Origin: Planctomycetota bacterium | GTDB taxonomy: Bacteria > Planctomycetota > PLA2 > JAEUHO01 | Direction of reading: 5' to 3' | DNA: 64,000 nt | Assembly: GCA_050248855.1 (NCBI GenBank) | Contig: JBFWRP010000011.1 | Span: forward strand, 1-64,000 | Notes under the pieces: model-generated | The model's input: only the letters and a program-made list of their open reading frames with translations | What the model was told of the DNA's origin: nothing | Database searches by the model: none | In this document: positions 32,513-41,778 of the stretch, in pieces | Numbering within the stretch: position 1 is the stretch's first letter | Layout: each line of letters opens with the position of its first letter | Made by a program: the position numbers and the translations under genes

Positions 32513-33607
32513 CTACTTGTAGCGGATGCTGACTTCGGTGGCGGCGACGCCGTTGCCTTCGCGGCGGGCCCAGTCGAAGACCTCGGTGGCTTGGTCGTTG
32601 CGCAGACGGACGCAGCCGTTGCTGCAGTGCGTGCCCACGGTCTCCGGCTTGATCGTGCCGTGGATGCCAAACCCGGCGCTGCGCGGCCACTGCGGGCTCT
32701 GGATGGCCATCCAGACGGCACCCAGCTCGTTGCGGGGATCGTTCGGCGGAATGACCACCTTGCGGCCGTCGATGGTCGTGGTCCACGGCGGGTTGACCTG
32801 CTTGTCCACGATCTGGAACGTCCCGACGGGCGTTGGCGACTCGTCACGGCCGACGCCGACGCGGAACTCCTTGACGAACCAGTCGCCGATCCAGATCGAG
32901 AGGCGATGCACGTCCTGTAGCACCTCCAAGCGCAGAGGCTCCAGCGGCAGCAGCAGCTTCTGGCCAGCCTGCAGGCGTCGTGGATCGAGGTTGCCCCCCT
33001 GGTTCCAGTAGAGGATCGCGTTGACGCCGGCGGGCACGTGCTCGCGCCACACGATCTGCACGGGCACCAAGCCTGGCTCGACCTCGTAGGGCTTGGTCAC
33101 GCCCGGAAGCCCCGCGGGCCATGTCATGACTTCACGATTGGCGTCGGCAAGGACCTGGATCAGCCGGGTGCGCGCCTCGGTGTCGGCGCCGTTCGCCTGG
33201 AACATCTCGGGCAGGTTGATGCCGCGCGACAGCAGCCGACGAACGCGGTCCAGATGGGCGATGCGCTTGTCGGCACCCTCCCGCACCGATGGCGTGGCCT
33301 GGTACAGCTCGACGCCCTTCTTGTAGGCCGCACGCCGCGCCGTCAGCGTGTCGCCGTACTCGTGCAGGATCCGGCTCCAGAGCGCCGGATCCGAGGCTTG
33401 GGCCGGGTCGGACAGCGCGCTGACCAGCTGCACGGCCTCGGACTCGCGCTTCTGCTCCTCGGTCGTCAGCCCCAGGTCCTCGAGCTTGGCCGTCTGGTCG
33501 GCGGCCGGCGTGGTCGTCGCCGTGCTCTCGCCCCCTTCGCTGCTGCCGAAGAACGCGTAGACGCCGGCTGCCACCACGCCCAGCAACACGATCCAGCTCC
33601 AGCGCAT
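32513..33607 (-). CDS. L,D-transpeptidase (YkuD) family protein with N-terminal anchor and LysM-like segment
   Basis: TPVGTF, NPPW, GIHGT...SNGCVRL catalytic motif; LQAGQKLLLP. Confidence 0.9.
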   Translation of the reverse strand: MRWSWIVLLGVVAAGVYAFFGSSEGGESTATTTPAADQTAKLEDLGLTTEEQKRESEAVQLVSALSDPAQASDPALWSRILHEYGDTLTARRAAYKKGVELYQATPSVREGADKRIAHLDRVRRLLSRGINLPEMFQANGADTEARTRLIQVLADANREVMTWPAGLPGVTKPYEVEPGLVPVQIVWREHVPAGVNAILYWNQGGNLDPRRLQAGQKLLLPLEPLRLEVLQDVHRLSIWIGDWFVKEFRVGVGRDESPTPVGTFQIVDKQVNPPWTTTIDGRKVVIPPNDPRNELGAVWMAIQSPQWPRSAGFGIHGTIKPETVGTHCSNGCVRLRNDQATEVFDWARREGNGVAATEVSIRYK

Positions 33608-33827
33608 GCCCTGTCTCCTCGCCAACGGGGTCCCGGGGGCGGTTGCACCCCCACCGGTAGTAGCCGTCCGGCGTTCATCCTACGAGGGGTCGTGGACGTG
33701 GCAATGGGGCCGGCGAGCAGAAGGGCTACCGTCTCGTGCGACATGCCCGCAGGCCCACGCGCGGCGGGCCGGCAGCGCACCACCGCGTGGCGGTGGCGGG
33801 CGGGAGCGGGTGGTGGGAGGGGGCCAC

Positions 33828-33855
33828 TGGCGAGTGGCGAGTGGCGAGTGGCGAA
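33828..33855 (+). repeat. Heptamer tandem repeat (TGGCGAG)x4
   Basis: tggcgag x3 plus tggcgaa. Confidence 0.8.
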
Positions 33856-33878
33856 AAGCCGGCGCCCGCGCCAAGAAT

Positions 33879-34049
33879 CGTCGGGGCGGGGGAGCGAACC
33901 AGGATCCAGCTGAGCCCCACTACTAGGTGGGCTCGCCGGTCGGAGGTCCAGCCGTGCCCGCGGCAAGCCGGGGCGGGCCTCGCCTTCCGATCCGGGGAAT
34001 CCTGATCTTCGTTCCAGGCTCAGGGACGCGGTTCGTCCCCGCCTCGACG
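33879..34049 (-). ncRNA. ssrS: Probable 6S RNA
   Basis: ~171 nt with long complementary ends; CUGAGCC/GGCUCAG helix; A-rich bubble; GCCCACCU motif; extended -10 TGcTAGACT at 34064-34056; directly downstream of pheT. Confidence 0.68.
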
Positions 34050-34124
34050 GGGCGCAGTCTAGCACGCGGCGCGACCCGCAAGCGAGCGTGCGTGCGCAAC
34101 GCGCATCCGTTGACCGCGCGCGGG

Positions 34125-36557
34125 CTACGCGCCGCGAATCGTGTAACCCGCGGAAGAAAGTGCTTGCGTCACGCGCGCGCGCAGCTCGTCGGCCGCAGCA
34201 CCGTCGAGCGTGCGCTCGCGGTCGTACAGCTCCAAGCGGAACGCCAGGCTCTTGTGACCGGGCGCGATGCCCGCCCCGGCATACACGTCGAAACACGCGA
34301 CGCCGCGTACGTGCTCCGCCGACGCGCCCTCGATGAGTGCGCGCACGTCGTCAACCGCCACCTCGGCAGGAACCACGACGGCCACGTCGAACGGCACCAC
34401 GGGGAACTTGAGCGGTGGCGTGTACGAGGCGGGACCGTGCTGCGCGAGCGCCGTGCGCACGGCGTCGAGCGACAGCTCGAATCCGGCCACGCGGCCCGCG
34501 AAACCCTGCGCGGCCGACGCCCGCGGAGCGAGCTCGCCCAACGAGCCCAGCGGCACGCCGCGCGCGACGACCTCGGCGCGCCGCCCGGGATGCCACCATG
34601 CGGGTGCGGGGAGGCCTGCGGCCAGCGCCGCCGGCTCGCGCTGCAGCAGCCGGGCATCCGACAGGCCGGCGCGCGCCAGCACGGCCCGCAGGTCGTGCGC
34701 GAGGTGCAGCACGGCCGTTCCCGCCCCTGCGGTGTCGGCTTCGTCGTACGCGATGCCGGCCAGCACGCGCACTTCCTCGGGGAGCCCCGCCGCGCGCGCA
34801 GCGAACACGCGCGTGCTGTCGACGAAGGCTGCTGCAGGAGCCGTGTGCCGGTTGCGCGCCGCGATCGCCAGCAGGCGCGGCAGCGCGCTGGTCGCCATCC
34901 ACGTGGCGCGGTCCTCGGGCAAGCCGGCCAGCTTCAACGCATGGCCTCCGCGGAGCCCGAGCGGCGCGCCCTCTTCGTCCCCATGGAACGCGTACGTCTT
35001 GACCTCGTTCCAGCCCCGCTCCAGCGTGAACAAGGGCAGCAGTCGTCGCTCGAGGCGACGACGGGCATCGGGGCGTCGGACCTCGATGGTGCCGAGCGGC
35101 GCCAGGGGCTGCACGGCCTCGTAGCCCACGAGACGACCGACTTCCTCCACGAGGTCCTCGGGCAGGCGGATGTCTCCGCCGGCGCGCCACGAGGGCACGT
35201 GGATGTCGAGCTCGCTTCCACGGTCGCCCACGCCGAAGCCCAAGGCCGTCAGCCGCGAGCGGATGGTGGCGTCGGGCAGCCGCAGACCCAGCCGACGCTT
35301 CACGAGCGCCAGGGGCAGGCGGACCGTGCGCTGGACGGCGGGGCGCGTCCGGACGTCGCTCACGGCCCGGGCCAGGCGGGCGTCGGGCAGCACGGTGCGA
35401 GCAAGGGCGAGGAAGCGCGCTGCGGCGTCGAGCGTGCCCTCGGGGTCGAGGCCCTTCTCGAAGCGGCTGCTGGCCTCGGTGCGCCAGCCCAAGCGCGCGG
35501 CCGTCGCGCGGATCACGGCGGGCGCGAACCAAGCCGACTCGAGGAGCACGGCCGTGGTCGCGGGGCCCACACCCGAGGCGTCCCCCCCCATGAGGCCGGC
35601 CAGGGCCACGGGCCCCTCGCCGTCGGCGATCACGAGGTCGTCGGCCGTCAACGCCGGCGTCGACCCATCGAGCGCCGTGAACGCCTCGCCGGGCCCGGCC
35701 CGTCGCACCGCGAGCGCCCCTCCGCGCAGCGCGGCCAGGTCGAAGGCGTGCAGCGGCTGGCCCGTCTCGAGGAGGACCAGGTTGGTGAGGTCCACGAGGC
35801 GGTCGATGCTGCGCTGGCCGAGCACGGCCAGACGCCGGCGCCACGCGAGCGGCGAAGGGCCGTTCTCGAGGCCTTCGATCACCGCGCCCACGTAGCGTAC
35901 GCAGTCCGCCTCCGCCTCCACGCGCACGGGGAAGGGCTCGCCTGCCGCGACGAGCTGGGCCCGCGGTGCGAGCTTCAACGTGCGGCCGAAGAGCGCGGCC
36001 AGCTCGCGGGCGAACCCCTGGTGGCCCCAGAGGTCGGGGCGATGCGTGATGGCGATGTTGGAGAGCTCGAGGACCGTGTCCTGCGTGGGCACGATCTCCG
36101 CCAGGGGCTTGCCCGCGGGCGTGTCCGGCGGCAGCACGAGGATGCCGTCGTGATCGTCGCCGAGGCCCAGCTCGTCCTCGGCGCAGATCATGCCGCGGCT
36201 CTCGACGCCACGGATCTTGCGGGGGGTCAGTGTGACGGGTCCGGCCGCACCGCCCGGCAGGGTCGTACCGACGGGGGCATAGGCGACGATCTGGCCCTCG
36301 GCCACGTTGGGCGCGCCGCAGACGACCTCCGGCGTGGTCCCGTCGCCCGGGTCGACCGTGACAAGACGCAGCCGATCGGCGTCGGGGTGCGGACGCACGA
36401 CCAGCGTGCGGGCCGTGACGACGCCCGGAAGCGCCGCTCCCACGGGCACGACGTGCTCGATCTCGGCAGTGTGGAACGTGAGGCGCTCGGCGGCCTCGGT
36501 CGGCGTGATGCCGTCGAGGTCCACGAGCTCGCCCAGCCAGCTCCAGGAGAGCTTCAT
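34125..36557 (-). CDS. pheT: Phenylalanine-tRNA ligase beta subunit
   Basis: MKLSWSWL, HPDADRL, VCGAPN, THRPDLWGH, GQPLHAFD, RFEKGLD, EDLVEEVGRL, KSLAFR. Confidence 0.96.
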   Translation of the reverse strand: MKLSWSWLGELVDLDGITPTEAAERLTFHTAEIEHVVPVGAALPGVVTARTLVVRPHPDADRLRLVTVDPGDGTTPEVVCGAPNVAEGQIVAYAPVGTTLPGGAAGPVTLTPRKIRGVESRGMICAEDELGLGDDHDGILVLPPDTPAGKPLAEIVPTQDTVLELSNIAITHRPDLWGHQGFARELAALFGRTLKLAPRAQLVAAGEPFPVRVEAEADCVRYVGAVIEGLENGPSPLAWRRRLAVLGQRSIDRLVDLTNLVLLETGQPLHAFDLAALRGGALAVRRAGPGEAFTALDGSTPALTADDLVIADGEGPVALAGLMGGDASGVGPATTAVLLESAWFAPAVIRATAARLGWRTEASSRFEKGLDPEGTLDAAARFLALARTVLPDARLARAVSDVRTRPAVQRTVRLPLALVKRRLGLRLPDATIRSRLTALGFGVGDRGSELDIHVPSWRAGGDIRLPEDLVEEVGRLVGYEAVQPLAPLGTIEVRRPDARRRLERRLLPLFTLERGWNEVKTYAFHGDEEGAPLGLRGGHALKLAGLPEDRATWMATSALPRLLAIAARNRHTAPAAAFVDSTRVFAARAAGLPEEVRVLAGIAYDEADTAGAGTAVLHLAHDLRAVLARAGLSDARLLQREPAALAAGLPAPAWWHPGRRAEVVARGVPLGSLGELAPRASAAQGFAGRVAGFELSLDAVRTALAQHGPASYTPPLKFPVVPFDVAVVVPAEVAVDDVRALIEGASAEHVRGVACFDVYAGAGIAPGHKSLAFRLELYDRERTLDGAAADELRARVTQALSSAGYTIRGA

Positions 36558-37570
36558 GCTTCCACCCCCGATCCGAACTGCCTGAGGAAGCGCAGGTCGC
36601 CGCCCATCAGGTGGCGGATGTCCTCGATGCCGTACTTGAGGAGCACGAGGCGGTCGATGCCCATGCCGAAGGCGAAGCCCGACCACGCCGCGGGGTCGAC
36701 GCCCCCCTGGCGCAGCACGTCCGGGTGGACGAGCCCGCAGCCCAGGAGCTCCATCCAGCGCCCGCGCCAGGTGACGTCCATCTCGAAGCCGGGTTCGACG
36801 AACGGGAAGTAGGCCGGCCGTAGACGCACGTCGACGTCGGACTCGAGGACCTCGGCGATGAGCCCGCGCAGCACGTGGACCATGTGGCCGACGTTGACCT
36901 CGCGGTCCACGAGCAGGCCTTCGATCTGGTGGAACGTGTGCTCGTGGGTCGCGTCGAGCTCCTCGTTGCGGAACACGCGGCCTACGGCGACGGCGCGGAT
37001 CGGCGGCCTGCGCTCGCGCATGGCGCGGATCTGCACCGGGCTCGTGTGCGTGCGCAACAGGTGCCCGTCCGTCAGCCAGAACGTGTCCTGCATGTCGCGC
37101 GCGGGATGGCCCGGCGGGATGTTGAGCGCCGTGAAGTTGTGCTGCTCGTCCTCGACCCACGGGCCGTCGAGCAGGTCGAAGCCCATCGCCAAGCACACGT
37201 CCTCGACGCGGCGGATCAGCTGTTGGACGGGGTGGATCGTGCCGCCCGTGCGGGGCCAGGGCGCCGCTCCCGGCGCCGGCTGGGTGAGGTCCAGGGCTTC
37301 GAGCGTCCCCAGCGCGGCCTCGCGCTCGGCCTCGAGCGCCGAACGGCGCCCTGCCAGGGCCGCCTCGACGGCCTTGCGGGCGGCGTTGGCGGCTTGGCCG
37401 ATGGCGGTGCGCTGGTCGCCCGGCAGCTTGCCGATGCCGCGCAGCACCTCGGCGAGAGCGCCTCTCTTGCCCGTGGTACGGGCCTCGACCGCTTCCAGGG
37501 CCCCGAGGTCCCGTGCCGCAGCAAGGGCCGCGAGCGCCTCCCGCTCGATGTCGCGGATCTGATCGAGCAT
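36554..37570 (-). CDS. pheS: Phenylalanine-tRNA ligase alpha subunit
   Basis: HPARDMQDTF, LRTHTSPVQIR, FHQIEG, YFPFVEP, GFAFGMGIDR. Confidence 0.98.
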   Translation of the reverse strand: MLDQIRDIEREALAALAAARDLGALEAVEARTTGKRGALAEVLRGIGKLPGDQRTAIGQAANAARKAVEAALAGRRSALEAEREAALGTLEALDLTQPAPGAAPWPRTGGTIHPVQQLIRRVEDVCLAMGFDLLDGPWVEDEQHNFTALNIPPGHPARDMQDTFWLTDGHLLRTHTSPVQIRAMRERRPPIRAVAVGRVFRNEELDATHEHTFHQIEGLLVDREVNVGHMVHVLRGLIAEVLESDVDVRLRPAYFPFVEPGFEMDVTWRGRWMELLGCGLVHPDVLRQGGVDPAAWSGFAFGMGIDRLVLLKYGIEDIRHLMGGDLRFLRQFGSGVEA

Positions 37571-37787
37571 CACGGACCCTCCCAGGCCGCCGCGCACGGA
37601 CCGGAGGCGTACGCCACCGCTGCGCAGGGCGTCAGGCTACCGACGCGCGGTCGGGGGGCGAACGCCCGATCCCGTGCAGCACGCGGGGCGGCGCGGCGCA
37701 CGGGCCGACCCACGGCGGCGCACGCCGAAGGGGGCGCGAGGCTCCGTCGCGCAAGACCCTGCGGCACGTCGCCCGAAGCGACGGCGA

Positions 37788-38144
37788 TCAGGCGATCTGG
37801 GCGCGGGCCGCGTCCACCACCTGGTCGAAGGCGGCGGCGTCGTGGATGGCCAGCTCGGCCAGCGACTTGCGGTTGAGCTCGATGCCCGCGGCCGAGAGGC
37901 CCGCGATCAGGCGGCTGTACGGGACACCGCGCGCACGGGAGGCCGCGTTGATGCGCAGGATCCAGAGGCGCCGGAACTCGCGCTTGCGCCGGCGCCGGTG
38001 CTGAAAGGCGTAGACCCACCCGCGGTGGACCGTCTCCTTCATCACCTTGTACTGCTTGCTGCGCGCGCCGAAGTAGCCCTTGGCCACCTTCATGAGGCGG
38101 CGCTTGCGGGCCAGACGCTTGGGGGTGCACGTAACGCGGGACAT
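37788..38144 (-). CDS. rplT: 50S ribosomal protein L20
   Basis: [35 protein letters not shown]. Confidence 0.98.
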   Translation of the reverse strand: MSRVTCTPKRLARKRRLMKVAKGYFGARSKQYKVMKETVHRGWVYAFQHRRRRKREFRRLWILRINAASRARGVPYSRLIAGLSAAGIELNRKSLAELAIHDAAAFDQVVDAARAQIA

Positions 38145-38224
38145 GGCGAGGTCCTCTCCTCGTCACCGGGCCTGGGGCCGCGGCGCGCCGACTGCCGATC
38201 CGTAGAGCCCTGCGGCTACCGGGT

Positions 38225-38422
38225 CTACTGACCCATGTAGCGGCGGATGCTCCGAGCCTGGGACCCCTCGACGAAGCTGGCCGCGCGATGGCGGCGCTTC
38301 CGCTTGGTGTCCTTCTTGCTCAGGATGTGGCTGTGGAACGCCGAGCCCAGCTTGCGGACCTTTCCGGACTTGGTCACCTTGAAGCGCTTCGCGATCGACT
38401 TGCGTGTCTTGATCTTCGGCAT
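38225..38422 (-). CDS. rpmI: 50S ribosomal protein L35
   Basis: MPKIKTRKSIAKRFKVTKSGK...HILSKK; between infC and rplT. Confidence 0.97.
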   Translation of the reverse strand: MPKIKTRKSIAKRFKVTKSGKVRKLGSAFHSHILSKKDTKRKRRHRAASFVEGSQARSIRRYMGQ

Positions 38423-38596
38423 GGCCAAGGCGTCCTGTCTCGGGAGGGTCCCGGAGGCCCGGTGGCCGATCCTGGGGACGGAAGCGGGCGAAGGTAGCGG
38501 CCCCCCCCGCCCCCGCCAAACAAAGCCGGGGGGGTGGAGGCCGCGCCGAGGCGGCGTGGCCGGGGCACCTCGCGGGTCGGGCGTTCCACGAACCCG

Positions 38597-38694
38597 ATAC
38601 GGAGCCAGGGACTCCTTCCGCAGCTCGCCGGAAGGCACCTGGGAAGCCGGTGGTCTCTCCCGGCGAGCAGCGGAAGGATTCCCAGGCCCCACCC
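38597..38694. mobile_element. 98-bp element, degenerate copy
   Basis: atacggagccagggactccttccgcagctcgccg ... cggcgagcagcggaaggattcccaggcc; homologous to rc of 50896-50993. Confidence 0.65.
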
Positions 38695-38739
38695 CTGAGG
38701 TGGGACGGCCGGACGTGCTTCGGGGTCGCCGTGGTTCGA

Positions 38740-38837
38740 GTACGGAGCCCGGTGAGCCCCCCGACATCTCGCTGGTGCGGTTCCCGCAGAGCGAACGTCC
38801 CTCGCGGCGAGATGTCGTGGGTTCACCCGGCTCCTCC
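38740..38837. mobile_element. ~98-bp element, divergent copy
   Basis: gtacggagcccggtgagccccccgacatctcgc ... gcgagatgtcgtgggttcacccggctcc. Confidence 0.6.
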
Positions 38838-39030
38838 CCCGGGGAGCGCACGCCGCGAGTCCTCGCGGGCGCCAACGGGGCGCGCTCGACTCGCGGACGG
38901 CGCACGTCGGCGGCGCCGAGGGGGTGCGGAAGGTGCATGAGGAGGACGCCGCGTGGTCTGTCCACGCAAGGACGACGAAGGCGCCTGAGCGCCCCCCTCC
39001 GCGTCGCCGCCCGTCCGTACCCCAGGCCGC

Positions 39031-39570
39031 TTACTTGCGCCCAATGAGCATGGTCATGCGGCGGCCCTCCATACGGGGCGGCGCCTCGACCTTGCCCACG
39101 TCCTCCAGCCGCTTGGCCACCTCTTCGCAGTGCCGGGCGCCCAGCTCCTGGTGGGCCATCTCGCGGCCGCGGAAGAGGATCATGAGCTGTACCTTGTCGC
39201 CGCGCTCGAGGAACTCACGCGCCTTCTTGCAGCGGATGTCGAGCATGTGCGGGTCCGTCTTGGGACGCAGGCGCACGGTGCGGATCTGGGCTCGGTGCTG
39301 CTTGGCCTTCGACTCGCGAGCCTTCTTGCTCTGCTCGTACTTGTAGCGGCCGAAGTCCATGATCCGGCAGACGGGCGGTCGGCTGTTCGAGTTGACTTCG
39401 ACCAGGTCGAGGCCAGCCTCTTGGGCCATGCGCAGCGCGTCGTCTCGCGAGACGACGCCATGGTTGACGTTCTCGCTGTCGATCAGCCGGACCTGGCGGA
39501 TGGTGATGCGTTCGTTGATGCGCGGTCCAGACTCACGAGGCATGGACCGGTCAAAGCGGCTGGGACGGAT
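39031..39570 (-). CDS. infC: Translation initiation factor IF-3, probable ATC start
   Basis: INERI, LDLVEV, PPVCRIMDFG, FRGRE; AGGAG-8 nt-ATC in frame, 9 codons upstream of ATG 39543. Confidence 0.95.
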   Translation of the reverse strand: MRPSRFDRSMPRESGPRINERITIRQVRLIDSENVNHGVVSRDDALRMAQEAGLDLVEVNSNSRPPVCRIMDFGRYKYEQSKKARESKAKQHRAQIRTVRLRPKTDPHMLDIRCKKAREFLERGDKVQLMILFRGREMAHQELGARHCEEVAKRLEDVGKVEAPPRMEGRRMTMLIGRK

Positions 39571-39738
39571 GGGGATGTCTCCTGGATAGGGTTCGGGCCG
39601 CCGGACCGTACGGGCCCGGGGCGAGCGATGATCTTGCCACGAATCACCGTCGGGGGCCGACGGATCGCCCCGTGAAAGGGGTGCCAGGGGGCAAGTCCCG
39701 CGTCCGCGGCCACGCCAGCCGCGGACGCGGGGAGGGCC

Positions 39739-41661
39739 TCACGCCACGCGCTCGTCGATCTCGCGGCGGACGCGGACCAGGAAGTCCTCGAGCGCCATGG
39801 GGCCGAGGTCCTCACCGGAGAGCAGCCGGACGGCCACTTGGCCGGACTCGACCTCGCGGCCCCCCACCACGAGCTGGTAGGGAACCCGCTCGAGGATGGC
39901 GTCGCGGATCTTGGAGCCGACCTTGTCGCCGCGCACGTCGGCCTCGGCCCGCACGCCGGCGGCCCGGAGCCGATCGCGCACCGCGACGGCGTACTGGCTC
40001 TGCGCCTCGGTGATCGAGAGCACCGTGGCCTGGACCGGCGCCAGCCAGACGGGGAACCGGCCGGCGTGGTGCTCGATGAGGACGCCGATCAAGCGCTCGA
40101 ACGAGCCCAGGATCGCGCGGTGGATCATCACCGGCCGGTGCTTCTGTCCGTCCTGCCCCACGTAGGACAGGTCGAACCGCTCCGGCATGGAGAAGTCCAC
40201 CTGGATGGTGCCGCACTGCCACGTACGGCCCAGCGCGTCGGTCACGTGGAACTCGATCTTGGGCCCGTAGAACGCGCCTTCGCCCGGGTTGACCTCGAAC
40301 GCCATGCCCTGCGCACGAAGCGCGTCGGCCAGCGCGGCCTCGGCCTTCTCCCACGACGCCGGGTCGCCCAGCGCCTTCTCGGGCTTGGTCGCCAGCTTCA
40401 CGATGACTTCCGCAGGGTCGAACCCGATCGCCGGGTAGACCTGCTGGACCATCTCGATCATGTCGGCGATCTCGCTCTGCAGGTCCTCCGGCGCGCAATA
40501 GACGTGCGCGTCGTCCTGCGCCATGAGGCGCACGCGAAGGAGCCCATGGAGCGTGCCCGAGAGCTCGTTGCGGTGCAGCGGGCTGAACTCGGCCATGCGC
40601 ACCGGCAGCTCGCGGTAGGAGCGGGGCCGGTTGCCGTAGACCAAGCAGGTGCCCGGGCAGTTCATGGGCTTGATGGCGAACGACCGCTCGTCCACCTCCA
40701 GGAAGTACATGTTGTCCTTGAAGTGCTCGTAGTGGCCGCTGCGCTTCCAGAGCTCGTCGCTGAGCACGATGGGCGTGCGCACTTCGCCGTAGCCGCGGCG
40801 CTCGAGCTGCTCGCGGATCAGCTTGGTGAGCTCGTTGTAGACGACCATGCCGCGGGGGTGCCAGAACGGGAACCCCGGCCCCTCGGGCTGCAGCGAGAAC
40901 AAGTCCATCTCGCGCCCGATGCGTCGGTGGTCGCGCTTCTTGGCCTCCTCCAGGCGGTGGAGGTGCTGCTCGAGGTCCTTGGCGGTGAAGAACGCGGTGC
41001 CGCGGATGCGCTGCATGGGCACTCCCGACGCGTCACCACGCCAGTACGCCCCGCTCACGCTCAACAGCTTCACGTTGGCCAGCCACGACGTGTCGGGCAC
41101 GTGCGGCCCCTCGCACATGTCGGTGAAGGCGCCCGAGTCGTAGAAGGTGATCTCGTCCTCGGGGATCTCGTCGACGTGCGGGATCTTCAGCTCGTAGCCG
41201 ATGCCCTTCAGCCGCTCCTTGGCCCCGGCCCGATCGAGAGCGACGCGCGCGTACGGGCGGCTCTCGGCCGCGATCTCCTTCATGCGCGCTTCGATCTTGG
41301 GCAGGTCGTCCTCTGTGAGCGTCTGCGGGGTCTTGAAGTCGTAGTAGAAGCCCTCGTCGGTGGCCGGGCCGAACCCCAGGTCGGTGCCGGGGAACAGGTC
41401 GAGCACGGCCATGGCGAGCAGGTGCGCGGCGCTGTGGCGCAGCACGTCGAGCGCTTCCTTGTCCTTGGCGGTCAGGATGCGCAACGACGCGTTGCCCTGG
41501 ATGGGACGCGCGGTCTCGACGACGTGCCCGTCGACGACACCCGCGACGGCGGCCTTGGCCAAGCCCTTGCCGATGCCCGCGGCGACCTCCGCCACCGTCG
41601 TGCCCCGAGGGACCTGGCGCAGGGACCCGTCGGGCAGCTGGAGGTGGATCGAGGCGGACAT
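39739..41661 (-). CDS. thrS: Threonine-tRNA ligase
   Basis: RHSAAHLLA, GFYYDF, KKRDHR, KPMNCP, AFYGPKI, IHRAILGSFER. Confidence 0.98.
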   Translation of the reverse strand: MSASIHLQLPDGSLRQVPRGTTVAEVAAGIGKGLAKAAVAGVVDGHVVETARPIQGNASLRILTAKDKEALDVLRHSAAHLLAMAVLDLFPGTDLGFGPATDEGFYYDFKTPQTLTEDDLPKIEARMKEIAAESRPYARVALDRAGAKERLKGIGYELKIPHVDEIPEDEITFYDSGAFTDMCEGPHVPDTSWLANVKLLSVSGAYWRGDASGVPMQRIRGTAFFTAKDLEQHLHRLEEAKKRDHRRIGREMDLFSLQPEGPGFPFWHPRGMVVYNELTKLIREQLERRGYGEVRTPIVLSDELWKRSGHYEHFKDNMYFLEVDERSFAIKPMNCPGTCLVYGNRPRSYRELPVRMAEFSPLHRNELSGTLHGLLRVRLMAQDDAHVYCAPEDLQSEIADMIEMVQQVYPAIGFDPAEVIVKLATKPEKALGDPASWEKAEAALADALRAQGMAFEVNPGEGAFYGPKIEFHVTDALGRTWQCGTIQVDFSMPERFDLSYVGQDGQKHRPVMIHRAILGSFERLIGVLIEHHAGRFPVWLAPVQATVLSITEAQSQYAVAVRDRLRAAGVRAEADVRGDKVGSKIRDAILERVPYQLVVGGREVESGQVAVRLLSGEDLGPMALEDFLVRVRREIDERVA

Positions 41662-41778
41662 GGGAAGACTCCTTGGAAAAGGCCGCCGTCCCCCATGGAC
41701 GGCGTACGGCTTCACTAGCGTACGTGCGCCCACGTAGGCGCACGCACCCTCGACGGGGGTCCCGACGGGTGGGTTCCG

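Noticed and set aside
31366..32532. Short ORFs across the repeat mosaic (e.g. MSGPSPRRRAAATWARCL...)
   Set aside because: They are translations of non-coding repeats, open in several frames because of high GC, with no RBS or domain signal.
33828..33855. Heptamer repeat as a phase-variation switch
   Set aside because: Only four units, intergenic, and not within a recognisable promoter spacer or CDS.
37571..37787. pheM-type attenuator or T-box upstream of pheS
   Set aside because: No Phe-rich leader peptide and no T-box consensus seen.
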